Assembly (NCBI RefSeq): GCF_963921235.1 | Contig: NC_086098.1 | Span: 5,890,001 to 5,954,000, forward strand | DNA length: 64,000 nucleotides | Source of the DNA: Mobula hypostoma | Lineage: Eukaryota | Direction of reading: 5' to 3' | Shown: in pieces, positions 45,858 through 57,184 of the stretch | Layout of the letters: every line of letters begins with the position of its first letter | Numbering within the stretch: the stretch's first letter is position 1 | Notes under the pieces: generated by a model | What the model was told of the DNA's origin: nothing | The model's input: only the letters and a program-made list of their open reading frames with translations | The model's database searches: none | Made by a program: the position numbers and the translations under genes

Positions 45858-48800
45858 CGACCATAAGACCATAAGACAAAGGAGCAGAAGTCGGCCATTC
45901 GGCCCATCGAGTCTGCTCCTCCATTTTATCATGAGCTGATCCATTCTCCCATTTAGTCCCACTCCCCCGCCTTCTCACCGTAACCTTTGATGCCCTGGCT
46001 ACTCAGATACCTGTCAGTCTCTGCCTTAAATACACCCAATGACTTGGCCTCCACTGCTGCCCGTGGCAACAAATTCCATAGATTCACCACCCTCTGACTA
46101 AAAAAATTTCTTTGTATTTCTGTTCTGAATGGGCGCTCTTCAATCCTTAAGTCATGCCCTCTCGTACTAGACTCCCCCATCATGGGAAACAACTTTGCCA
46201 CATCCACTCTGTCCATGCCTTTCAACATTCGAAATGTTTCTATGAGGTCTCCTCTCATTCTTCTAAACTCCAAGGAATACAGTCCAAGAGCGGACAAATG
46301 TTCCTCATATGTTAAGCCTCTCATTCCCGGAATCATCCTAGTGAATCTTCTCTGTACCCTCTCCAACGTCAGCACATTGCTTCTTAAATAAGGAGACCAA
46401 AACTGCCCACAGTACTCCAAGTGAGGTCTCACCAGTGCTTTACAGAGCCTCAACAACACATCCCTGCTCCTATACTCTATTCCTCTAAAAATGAATGCCA
46501 ACATTGCATTCACCTTCTTCCCCACCGACTCAACCTGGAGGTTAACCTTAAGGGTATCCTGTACGAGAACTCCCAAGTCCCGTTGCATCTCAGAACTTTG
46601 AATTCTTTCCCCATTTAAATAATACTCTGCCCATTTATTTCTTCTGCCAAAGTGCATAACCATACACTTTCCAACATTGTATTTCATTTGCCACTTCTTT
46701 ACCCATTCTTCCAATCTATCCAAGTCTCTCTGCAGAATCTCTGTTTCCTCAGGGCCACTCCACCTATCTTCGTATCGTCAGCGAACTTAGCCACAAAGCC
46801 ATCTATTCCATAATCCAAATCGTTGATGTACAATGTAAAAAGAAGCGGCCCCAACACTGATCCCTGTGGAACACCACTGGTAACCGGCAGCCAACCAGAA
46901 TAAGATCCCTTTATTCCCACCCTCTGTTTCCTGCCAATCAGCCAACGCTCTATCCACGTATATAACTTCCGGAGTACTTTCTCTGTCGTAATTATGACTG
47001 CACACATTTCTCTTCCCAGCCACCCTTGAGTGTCCGGTATACTGCTGATGTCTTCCTCAGTGAAGAATGATGCAAACTACTTATTCAGTTCCTCCGCCAT
47101 CTCCTTATCTCTCATTACAATTTCTCCAGCATCATTTTCTATCGGTCCTATATCTACTCTCACCTGTCTTTTACTCTTTATATACTTGAAAAAGCTTTTA
47201 GTATCCTTTTTCATATTATGTGCTAGCTTCCTTTCATAGTTAATCTTTTCCCTCTTAATGACCTTCTTAGTTTCCTTTCGTAAGATTTTAAAAACTTCCC
47301 AATCCTCTGTCTTCCCACTAATTTTTGCTTCCTTGTATGCCCTCTCCTTTGCTTTAACTTTGGCTTTGACTTCTCTTGTCAACCACGGTTGCATCCTTTT
47401 TCTACTCGAAAATTTCTTCTTTTTTGGAATATACCTGTCTTGCACCTTCCTCACTTCTCGCATAAACTCCAGCCACTGCTGCTCTGCTGTCTTTCCCGCA
47501 AGTGTCCCTTTCCAGACAACTTTGGCCAGTTCCTCTCTCATGCCACTGTAATTTCCTTTACTCCACTGAAATACCAACACATCAGATTTCGGCTTCTCTT
47601 TTTCAAATTTCACAGTGAACTCAATCATGTTATGATTACTGCCTCGTAAGGGTTCCTTCACCTCAATCTCTCTAATCACCTCCGGTTCATCACACAATAC
47701 CCAATCCAGTACAGCCGATCCCCTAGTGGGCTCAACAACAAGCTGTTCTAAAAAGCCATCTCGCAGACATTCTACAAATTCTCTCTCTTGAGATCCAGTG
47801 CTGACCTGATTTTCCCAATCCACTCGCATGTTAAAATCCCCCACAATTATCATAACACTGCCCTTCTGACAAGCCTTTTCTATTTCCTGTTGTAATTTGT
47901 AGTCCACATCACTGCAGCTGTTTGGAGGCCTATAAATAACTGCCATCAGGGTCCTTTTACCCCTGCTATTCCTTAGCTCAACCCATAAAGATTCTGCACC
48001 TTCCGATCCTATATCACCTCCTTCTAATGATTTAATATCATTTCTTACCTATCCTTCTGATAGACCATGTATTCTTGGACGTTCAGCTCCCAGAGACATG
48101 CCACGTCTCAGTGATGGCCACAATATCATACCTGCCAATCTGTAGCTGTACGACAAGATCATCCACCTTATTCCTTATGCTGTGTGCATTTAAGTATAAC
48201 ATCTTAAGACCAGTATTTGGTACTTTTCGCTTTGATTTCACTGCAGCTCATCCCAATGGCTACACATTTGCCCCATCACCTGCCTGTCTTTCCTGACATC
48301 TTTACTGCTCACTATCTTAGATTTATTTCTGTTTTTCCCTTCCTCCGCTCTATCATTCCAGTTCCCATCCCCCTGCCAAATTAGTTTAAACCCTCCCTAA
48401 CAGCTCTATTAAACTTTCCCGCCAGGATATTAGTCCCCTTCGGGTTCAGGTGTAACCCGTCCTTTTTGAACAGGTCATACTTCCCCCAGAAGAGATCCCA
48501 ATTATCCAAGAATCTGAAGCCCTGTCCCCTGCACCAGTCTCTCAGCCACGCATTCATCTGCCTGATCCTACTATTCTTGCCCTCACTAGCACGTGGCACA
48601 GGTAGCAATCCCGAGATTACTACCCTGGAGGTCCTGCTTCTCAGCTTCCTTCCTATCTCCCAGAAATCTCTCCAAGACCTCCTCCCTTGTCCTATCTATG
48701 TCATTGCTACCAACATATACCAAGACAACTGGCTGCTCACCCTCCCCCTTCAGAATAATCTGGACCCGATCTGAGACATCCTGTACTCTGGCACCTGGGA

Positions 48801-49782
48801 GGCTACATACCATGCAGGTATCTCTATCAGGTTCACAGAATCTCCTGTCTGTTCCCCTGACTATGGAATCCCCTATGACTACCACATTCCTCTTCTCCCT
48901 CCTTCCCTCCTGCACAACAGCGCCAGGCTCAGTGCCAGAGACCCAGTCACCGTGGACATCCCCTGTCAGGTCATCCCCCTCAACAGCATCCAGAACAAGA
49001 TATTTGTTGCTGAGAGGGACAGCCACAGGTGTGCTCTCCACTATCCGGGCATTTTCCTTCCCTCTCCTGACTGTCACCCAGTTTTCTGACCCCTGTAGCC
49101 TAGAGATTACTACCTCCCTGTAGCTCCTGTCTATCACCTCTTCACTTTCCCTGATAAGCACTAGGTCATCAAGCTGCAGCTCCAGATCCCTAACATGGTC
49201 TCTGAGGAGCTGTAACTCGGTGCACCTGGTGCAGATGTGGCCATCAGGGAGGCTGGAGGTCTCCCAGGATTCCCACATCTGACACCCTGAACAGAGCGCC
49301 AACCCTGCAGGTATGCTATCTAATTCTACAGGAATAAAACAGGAAAAATAAGTCTACTCACACACTTACCTCGCCAAACACACAAACTTTTTAAACCGTT
49401 GGCTCGTACCGTTAGCTGTGAGAGCCCTGCTGCTCCTGTCCGTCCGAGCCGATTCGTGAGGGGGGAGGGAAGAAAAAAAAGAGTTGGTACTTCGCTCTCG
49501 CCTCTTCCCGTTTACCGCCGAAGCCCATTGAAGCCAAAGCCCTACACTCTGCTACCACTCACTCCGCTGCCCGCTGTATAGGGTGGTCTCCTTTTTAAAC
49601 TTTCCGCGCTGTCCTGTTACGTCACACGCCTGCACAGCCTCATCCTTCTTGCACTCGACGAAGTTTTTAAAAAAACTGCCTTCCTCCAGAATTCAGCTCC
49701 CACGCTGTTCTGTAGTCCCGATCCAAAAGAAAGCCATTGGAAGTAACCTTCCTTTTTAAACTCTCCGCGCTGTCCTGTTAAT
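45858..49782 (-). mobile_element. Near full-length CR1 LINE with 5' UTR, ORF1 and internally deleted ORF2
   Basis: ORF1 at 48381-49320; [37 protein letters not shown]-terminal half missing near 46965; (TCTTATGG)n tail. Confidence 0.93.
48381..49320 (-). pseudogene. CR1 ORF1 (zinc finger, leucine zipper, SGNH esterase), frameshifted near 48660
   Basis: CSGC...CTRC, LQLLRDHVRDLELQLDDL, VIGDSIVRG, PGA, VGSND, DGLHL. Confidence 0.85.
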
Positions 49783-50179
49783 ATGGCCATTCTGTCATCT
49801 GATTTATGAATGGACATTGAACCCATGAACTCTAACTTACTACTCATTTATTTCTCTTTTTGCACTATTACATGTTTTACATTTTTATTATGTAATGCAA
49901 TGTACTGCTGCCACAAAGATAACAAATTTCACAACATATGCTGGTGATCTTAACCCTGATTCTGATTTTGATAAAGAAGCTGTTCCTAAAATGTGAAGTG
50001 TGGGTTGTCAGGCTCCTGTCCCTCCCCACTGATGGTAGTAATGGGAAGAGGACGTGATACCAGATAGCCAGAATTTTCTTAGGAGTAACACATACAATGA
50101 ATCAACTAAAATAAAACCCTTTGTCTGAATATGACTGACAGCTCTTTAAGAACAATTTAACACTGTTGAGTGTGAAAGA

Positions 50180-51075
50180 CCATGAGATACAGAAGCAAAG
50201 TTAAGCCATTTGGCCCATTGAGTCTGCTCCACCATTTCATCATGGCTGGCCCTATTTTCATCTCAGCCCCAATGTTCTGTCTTCCCCTTGTACCCCTTCA
50301 TGTCCTGACCAATCAAATATTGGTCTTAATTATACATAAAGAGTTGGCCTCCACAGCCACAGATTCCATAGATTCATCACTCTCTGACTGAAGAAATTCC
50401 TCCTCATCTTCATTCTAAACGGACACCCCTCTATTCTAAGGCTGTATCCGCTGGTCTCAGACACTCCCACCATAGGAAACATCTCTTCACATCCACTCTA
50501 TGAAGGCTTTTCACCATTTGATAGGTTTCAATGAGGCCACCCTTCATTCTTTTGAATTCCAGTGAATACAGACCGAGAGCCATAAAATGTTCTTCATATT
50601 CTGTCATTCAATCCTGGAATCATTTTTCATGTATCTCCTTTGAACTCTCCCCAGTTTCAGCACATTCTTTCTAAGTTAAGGGGCCCAAACCTGCTCACAG
50701 AGGCCTCACCAGTGCTTTATAATTTCTCACAACATTACATAATTGCTTTTATATTCTAGTCCTCTTGAAATGTATGCTAACATTGCATTTGCTTTCCTCA
50801 CCACAGACTCAACCTGCAAATTAACCATTAGGGAATCCTGCACAAGGACTCCCAAGTTCCTTTGCATCACAGTTTTTTGTATTTTCTCTCCATTTTGCAA
50901 ATAGTCAACTCTTTCACTTCTCCTACCAAAGTGCATGATCATACACTTCCCAACGCTGTAGTCCATCTGTCATTTCTTTGCTTATTCTCCTAATCTGTAT
51001 GTCCTTCTGTAGCCTCTCTGCTTCTTCAAGACTACCAGCCCTTCCACCTATCTTTTCAACAAAGCCATCAATTCC
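50180..51075 (-). mobile_element. CR1 3' fragment
   Basis: KCMIMHFGRR, LGVLVQDSL, KANAMLAYISRGLEY. Confidence 0.85.
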
Positions 51076-51415
51076 ATGCATCAGTTATGCTCTGCAGATT
51101 CAGAAAGAATAATGAATAACTCTAAAATTTGTCCTGACAGGTACAATTACATTATAAAGCGAAACATACTGTTGCGATTTATCCATACTATAGATCCCAC
51201 CCAAATGAATTTATTTATTCATTTTATTTGTTTTTATTTAGAGATACAGCATGGAACTGGCCCCTGCAGTTCAATGAGCAGTGCAGGCTGACAACCCGCT
51301 GATACTGATTTAACCTCAGCTAACCTCGCCTAATCACAGGACAATTTACAGTGAACAATTAAACCACTAGTCGGTATGTCTTTGGTTTCTGGGAGAAAAT
51401 CGGAGCACCCGGAGG

Positions 51416-53035
51416 CAATGTTCCCACTAATTTGTAATGAATGACCAGTGTGCACAAAAAATTTATCTCGTGCAATTTTTTGCCCAGTGACAACAAATGT
51501 GTGCACTGAACTTTTAAGTGGAAGTAAACCTGAAGCCATTCTTAGGATTATAAGCCACCAAGTCCAGTTTGTTGTTAATAGTTTAAAAGAAATAAAATAA
51601 TACACATTAATGAGTCTTATTTCTCCATATTACTAATTTTGCAAATTCTCACAAAACATAGGTAGCAGGTCTACAAAGGATTTTCTCCACAGAGCTTTTC
51701 CATACTGTCCATACACGATTTGCTTGCCAAAATCAAGTTTCCAAATATCACTCCACTTCTTCCCACTTGCAAATTCTCCAGAAACTTTTGCATCGCAACA
51801 ATACATGCAGCAAACACCAGTTTCTGTACTGTACATAAATATTTCTCATAGCTACACGTCCCTGACCTCATGGGCTTTTGGTGTAGCAGTTTCTACTGTT
51901 TCATAGTCATAGTCATACTTTATTGATCCCGGGGGAAATTGGTTTTCGTTACAGTTGCACCTTAAGTAATTAAATAGTGATAAAACCATAAATAATTAAA
52001 TAGTAATATGCAAATTATGCCAGGAAATAAGTCCAGGACCAGCCTATTGGCTCAGGGTGTCTGACCCTCCAAGGGAGGAGTTGTAAAGTTTGATGGCCAC
52101 AGGCAGGAATGACTTCCTATGACGCTCTGTGTTGCATCTCAGTGGAATGAGTCTCTGGCTGAATGTACTCCTGTGCCCAACCAGTTCGTTATGTAGTGGA
52201 TGGGAGACATTGTCCAAGATGGCATGCAACTTCGACAGCATCCTCTTTTCAGACACCATCGTGAGAGAGTCCAGTTCCATCCCCACAACATCACTGGCCT
52301 TACGAATGAGTTTGTTGATTCTGTTGGTGTCTGCTACCCTCAGCCTGCTGCCCCAACACACAACAGCAAACATGATCGCACTGACCACCACAGACTCGAA
52401 GAACATCCTCAGCATCGTCTGGCAGATGTTAAAGGACTTCAGTCTCCTCAGGAAATAGAGACGGCTCTGACCCTTCTTGTAGACAGCCTCAGTGTTCTTT
52501 GACCAGTCCAGTTTATTGTCAATTCGTATCCCCAGGTATTTGTAATCCTCCACCATGTCCACACTGACCCCCTGGATGGAAACAGGGGTCACCGGTACCT
52601 TAGCTCTCCTCAGGTCTACCGCCAGCTCCTTAGTCTTTTTCACGTTAAGCTGCAGATAATTCTGCTCACACCATGTGACAAAGTTTCCTACCGTAGCCAT
52701 TCATAAAGCTATTTCACTTTAAATGAACTAACAGTTCTTTTGTCCTTCACACCCCTTGTTTCTTTGGAATTAGACATAGTGAATCAATAATTTCTTCAAA
52801 AAAAAACAGTATAAATGAGGCAGTTGTAAAATCTGCGGACAAATCATTGCAAACTCCACGTTGTTATCACCATCCGCATCAGAGACTGGAAAAGGAAATG
52901 TGGTGGTGTACAATTGTGAAAAATACTTAACATGCCAATGAGGTAGAGGGTGACAATATCTTGTGCGCAGTTTAAATTCCTTTGTGCGCCAGTAGGAAAA
53001 GATGAGCGCATGCGCACACCTTAGAGAGAACATTG
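51416..53035 (-). mobile_element. Internally deleted hAT (Tip100-like) transposon with N-terminal zinc-finger remnant
   Basis: TIRs CAATGTTCCCACTAA / TTAGAGAGAACATTG; 8-bp TSD cccggagg / cacagagg; EIFMYSTETGVCCMYCCDAK...GEFASGKKW..WKLD. Confidence 0.75.
51901..52700 (-). mobile_element. Rex1/Babar 3' fragment nested in the hAT element
   Basis: ORF 52044-52700 (LNVKKTKEL, YKYLG, RLYFLRRL); (CTATGA)n tail; TTCATA at both junctions. Confidence 0.93.
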
Positions 53036-53374
53036 CACAGAGGAAACCCACACGTCCACAGGGAGGACATACAAATTCCTTAAGGAGGACACTGAAAATG
53101 AATTCTGAACTCCGAAACCCTGAGTAATAATAGTGTCGAGCTAACTGCTACGCTATCGTTGCATCCCACATTATGCTTATTAAAGGGGTGGGGATGAAAC
53201 CTGAAGTAAATAAACTTTGGAGCAGAAGAGGAAATAAAATTACTGAGGACAGGGGAACTCAACTTCTATGGATTTGTCTTGGAAATTTTCAGATATGTTG
53301 AAACATTCTGCAAGTACAATGGTACAATTCTGTCCCACAGAACTACAATTGTGCTGAATAACTGCATCATAATG

Positions 53375-53545
53375 TGGGCCGCCATGGTAACGTAGCGATT
53401 CGCAAGACACTATTACAGCTCATGGCATCAGAATTTGGAGTTTAATCCCAGCGTCTATTGAAAAGAAATTGTATGTCCTCCATGAGGAATATGCGGGCTC
53501 CCTCCAGTTTCTCCAGTTTCCTTCCATAGTCCAAAGACACACAGG
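53375..53545 (+). mobile_element. V-SINE 5' part
   Basis: GGGCCGCCATGGTAACGTAGCG head, GAGTTTAATCC B-box, CCAGTTTCCTTCCATAGTCCAAAG. Confidence 0.6.
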
Positions 53546-53719
53546 TTCAAAGTTCAAAGATCAAAAAACATTTATTATCAAGATATGTATACATTATACA
53601 ACCTTCAGATTTGTCTCCTTACAGGCAGCCACAAAACATAGAAACCTAAAAGAACCCATTAAAAAGATTGTCAAACAACCAATGTGCAGAAAAAAACAAA
53701 TCATGCAAACAATAAAAAT

Positions 53720-53935
53720 AAGCAACACACACAAAATGCTGGAAGAACTCAGCAGGCCAGGCAGCATCTATGGAAATAATACAGTCAACATTTCTGGCCT
53801 TAACACTTCGGTACCATGCAGCTCGAAGGGACTGCTCTGCTCTGTCTTCCCGAAGGGTCTCGGCCCAAAACGTTGACTGTACTCTTTTCCTAGATGCTGC
53901 CTGGCCTGCTGAGTTCCTTCAACATTTTGTGTGTT
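53720..53935. mobile_element. Short Penelope pseudo-LTR inverted pair
   Basis: 53724-53811 is the reverse complement of ~53850-53935, with a ~40-bp spacer. Confidence 0.8.
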
Positions 53936-54729
53936 TCATCCCTACTGTGAAGCATGGTGGTGGCCGCATCATGCTGTTGTGATGCTTCCCTGTAGCAGGC
54001 CCTGGAAGGCTTGTGAAGGTAGAGGGCAAAATGAATACAGCAAAATGCAGGGAACTCTGAGAGGAAAATCTGATGCAGACTGCAAGAGAACTGTAACTTG
54101 GAAGATTTGTTTTCCAGCAAGACAATGACCCTAAACATAAAGCCAAAGCTACACAGGAATGGCTTAAAAACAACAAAGTTAATGTTCTGGAGTGGCCAAG
54201 TCAGAGTCCAGACCTCAATCCATTGAGAACTTGAGGCTGGACAATAAAATGTTGTTCACTCACAATCCCCATGCAATCTGACAGAGCTTCAGCAGTTTTG
54301 TAAAGAAGAACGGGGAAATATTGCAGAGTCCAGATATGCAAAGCTGATCGAGACCTATCCACACAGACTCAAGGCTGTAATTGCTGCCAAAGGGGCAGCT
54401 ACTAAATACCGACTTGAAGGGGGTGAGTAATTATGCAAGCTATTATTTTGTATTTAATAAATTTAGACCAATTTGTAGAAATGTGTTTTCTCTTTGACAT
54501 GAAAGAATCTTTTCTGTTGATCAGTGCCAAATAAACAAAATTAAATCCACTATGATGCAAAGTTGTAAAATGATAAAACATGAAAATGTCCAAAGCGGGG
54601 GTATGGGTGGGTGAATACTTTTTGTAGCGGGGGTATGAGCGGGTGAATACTTTTTGTAGTGGGGGTATGGGCGGGTGAATACTTTTTGTAGTGGGGGTTT
54701 GGGCGGGTGAATACTTTTTGTAGGCACTG
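53936..54729 (+). mobile_element. Tc1 transposon 3' half: degenerate DDE transposase and right TIR
   Basis: [31 protein letters not shown]; ends GAATACTTTTTGTAGGCACTG followed by TA. Confidence 0.9.
54595..54722 (+). repeat. 4 x 32-bp G-rich tandem repeat in the Tc1 terminus
   Basis: G(C/T)GGGGGTATGGG(C/T)GGGTGAATACTTTTTGTA units start at 54595, 54627, 54659 and 54691. Confidence 0.95.
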
Positions 54730-54739
54730 TATGCCACTC

Positions 54740-54900
54740 ATGTAAACTGCCCTCACAGTCATAATGCCCCTCTCCTCAAATAACAACAGAAAATGAATGT
54801 CAAACCTTCCTCGCCTCGCCCGCTTCCGCCTAAGCCCGGTGAGCCGAAGCCCTTAAGTCTTCACTCTGCTCCCGGCTCACTCCGCAGCCCGCAAAACTCG
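54740..54900 (-). mobile_element. Isolated CR1 5' UTR / ORF1-start fragment
   Basis: Reverse complement aligns to ~58495-58650 (GCGGGCTGCGGA...CTTAAGGGCTTCGGCTCACCGGGCTTAGG...ATTTGAGGAGAGGGG). Confidence 0.8.
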
Positions 54901-54909
54901 TTAGATTCT

Positions 54910-55327
54910 GGCAACATACATCAAAGTTGCTGGTGAACGCAGCAGGCCAAGCAGCATCTGTAGGAAGAGGTGCAGTCGACGTTTCAGGCCGAGACCCTTC
55001 GTCAGGACTAACTGAAGGAAGAGTGAGTAAGGGATTTGAAAGTAGGAGGGGGAGGGGGAGATCCAAAATGATAGGAGAAGACAGGAGGGGGAGGGATAGA
55101 GCCAAGAGCTGGACAGGTGATAGGCAAAAGGGGATACGAGAGGATCATGGGACAGGCGGTCCAGGAAGAAAGACAAGGAGGGGGGGTGACCCGGAGGATG
55201 GACAAGAGGTATATTCAGAGGGACAGAGGGAGAAAAAGGAGAGTGAGAGAAAGAATGTGTGCATAAAAATGAGTAACAGATGGGGTACGAGGGGGAAGTG
55301 GGGCCTTAGCGGAAGTCAGAGAAGTGG
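54910..55327 (-). mobile_element. Penelope pseudo-LTR, cut by the CR1 at 55328
   Basis: Colinear with 37145-37577. Confidence 0.9.
54973..55010 (-). ncRNA. Minimal type I hammerhead ribozyme motif, intact
   Basis: agtc-CTGACGA-agg gtctcgg cct-GAAA-cGTC|gact; stem I AGTC/GACT; predicted cleavage between 54978 and 54977. Confidence 0.75.
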
Positions 55328-56815
55328 CTAGTTCCTGAGGATTGGAGGGTGGCTAATGTAACCCCACTTTTTAAAAAAGAAGGGAGAGAGAAACCGGGGA
55401 ATTATAGACCAGTTAGCCTAACGTCGGTGGTGGGGAAACTGCTGGAGTCAGTTATCAAGGATGTGATAACAGCACATTTGGAAATCAGTGAAATGATCGG
55501 ACAAAGTCAGCATGGATTTGTGAAAGGAAAATCATGTCTGACGAATCTCATAGAATTTTTTGAGGATGTAACTAGTAGAGTGGATAGGGGAGAACCAGTG
55601 GATGTGGTATATTTGGATTTTCAAAAGGCTTTTGACAAGGTCCCACACAGGAGATTAGTGTGCAAACTTAAAGCACACGGTATTGGGGGTAAGGTATTGG
55701 TGTGGGTGGAGAATTGGTTAGCAGACAGGAAGCAAAGAGTAGGAATAAACGGGACCTTTTCAGAATGGCAGGCGGTGACTAGTGGGGTACCGCAAGGCTC
55801 AGTGCTGGGACTCCAGTTGTTTACAATATATATTAATGACTTGGATGAGGGAATTAAATGCAGCATCTCCAAGTTTGCGGATGACACGAAGCTGGGTGGC
55901 AGTGTTAGCAGTGAGGAGGTTGCTAAGAGGATGCAGGGTGACTTGGATAGGTTGGGTGAGTGGGCAAATTCATGGCAGATGCAATTTAATGTGGATAAAT
56001 GTGAAGTTATCCACTTTGGTGACAAAAATAGGAAAACAGATTATTATCTGAATGGTGGCCGATTAGGAAAAGGGGAGGTGCAACGAGACCTGGGTGTCAT
56101 TATACACCAGTCATTGAAAGTGCGCATGCAGGTACAGCAGGCGGTGAAAAAGGCGAATGGTATGCTGGCATTTATAGCGAGAGGATTCGAGTACAGGAGC
56201 AGGGAGGTACTACTGCAGTTGTACAAGGCCTTGGTGAGACCACACCTGGAGTATTGTGTGCAGTTTTGGTCCCCTAATCTGAGGAAAGACATCTTTACCA
56301 TAGAGAGAGTACAAAGAAGGTTCACCAGATTGATTCCTGGGATGGCAGGACTTTCATATGAAGAAAGACTGGATGAACTGGGCTTGTACTCGTTGGAATT
56401 TAGAAGATTGAGGGGGGATCTGATTGAAACGTATAAGATCCTAAAGGGATTGGACAGGCTAGATGCAGGAAGATTGTTCCCGATGTTGGGGAAGTCCAGA
56501 ACGAGGGGCCACCGTTTGAGGATAGAGGGGAAGCCTTTTAGGACCGAGATTAGGAAAAACTTCTTCACACAGAGAGTGGTGAATCTGTGGAATTCTCTGC
56601 CACAGGAAACTGTTGAGGCCAGTTCATTGGCTATATTTAAGAGGGAGTTATATATGGCCCTTGTGGCTACGGGGGTCAGGGGGTATGGAGGGAAGGCTGG
56701 GGCGGGGTTCTGAGTCAGATGATCAGCCATGATCATAATAAATGGCGGTGCAGGCTCGAAGGGCCGAATGGCCTACTCCTGCACCTATTTTCTATGTTTC
56801 TATGTTTCTATGTAT
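55328..56815 (+). mobile_element. Young CR1 copy, 5'-truncated, open RT frame 55349-56713
   Basis: Near-identical to 24351-25830; FADD intact; (TTTCTATG)n tail. Confidence 0.95.
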
Positions 56816-56887
56816 GAACTGTAATGAATTATTTAAATGAAGAAGAATGGTCAACAAACCAATTTATATACAAGATTAATCAAATAT

Positions 56888-57184
56888 TATATAGGCATCC
56901 GTTAGTCTCGTAAGACCATGGAATTGCATCTTGGAAGGTTTCCAGGGCTCAGGCCTGGGCAAGGTTGTATGGAAGACCAGCAGTTGCCCATGCTGCAAGT
57001 CTCCCCTCTCCACAACACCGATGTTGTCCAAGGGAAGGGCATTAGGACCCATACAGCTTGGCACCAGTGTCGTCATAGAGCAATGTGTGATTAAGTGCCT
57101 TGCTCAAGGACACAACACGCTGAGGCTCGAAATAGCGACCTTCAGATCACTAGATGAACGCCTTAACCACTTGTTCACGTGCCA
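56888..57184 (-). mobile_element. tRNA-derived CORE-type SINE
   Basis: Copy of 34137-34432 retaining a B-box-like ATTTCGAGCC. Confidence 0.75.

Larger units (their letters stand above)
51230..53165 (-). mobile_element. V-SINE split by the hAT element (pieces ~51230-51415 and 53036-53165)
   Basis: GGAGCACCCGGAGG | AAACCCACACG continuity across the insertion. Confidence 0.75.

Noticed and set aside
48381..49320. Host GDSL lipase gene
   Set aside because: It sits directly upstream of an APE-RT ORF2 within a LINE, is intronless and is disrupted
49325..49372. Intron in the CR1 5' UTR (minus-strand GAG|GTAAGT ... TTCCTGTAG)
   Set aside because: Only ~44 nt between the signals, too short for a typical vertebrate intron, and no supporting evidence
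54595..54722. 32-bp repeats as a CRISPR array
   Set aside because: The units are contiguous with no spacers, there are no cas genes, and they lie in a Tc1 terminus in eukaryotic DNA
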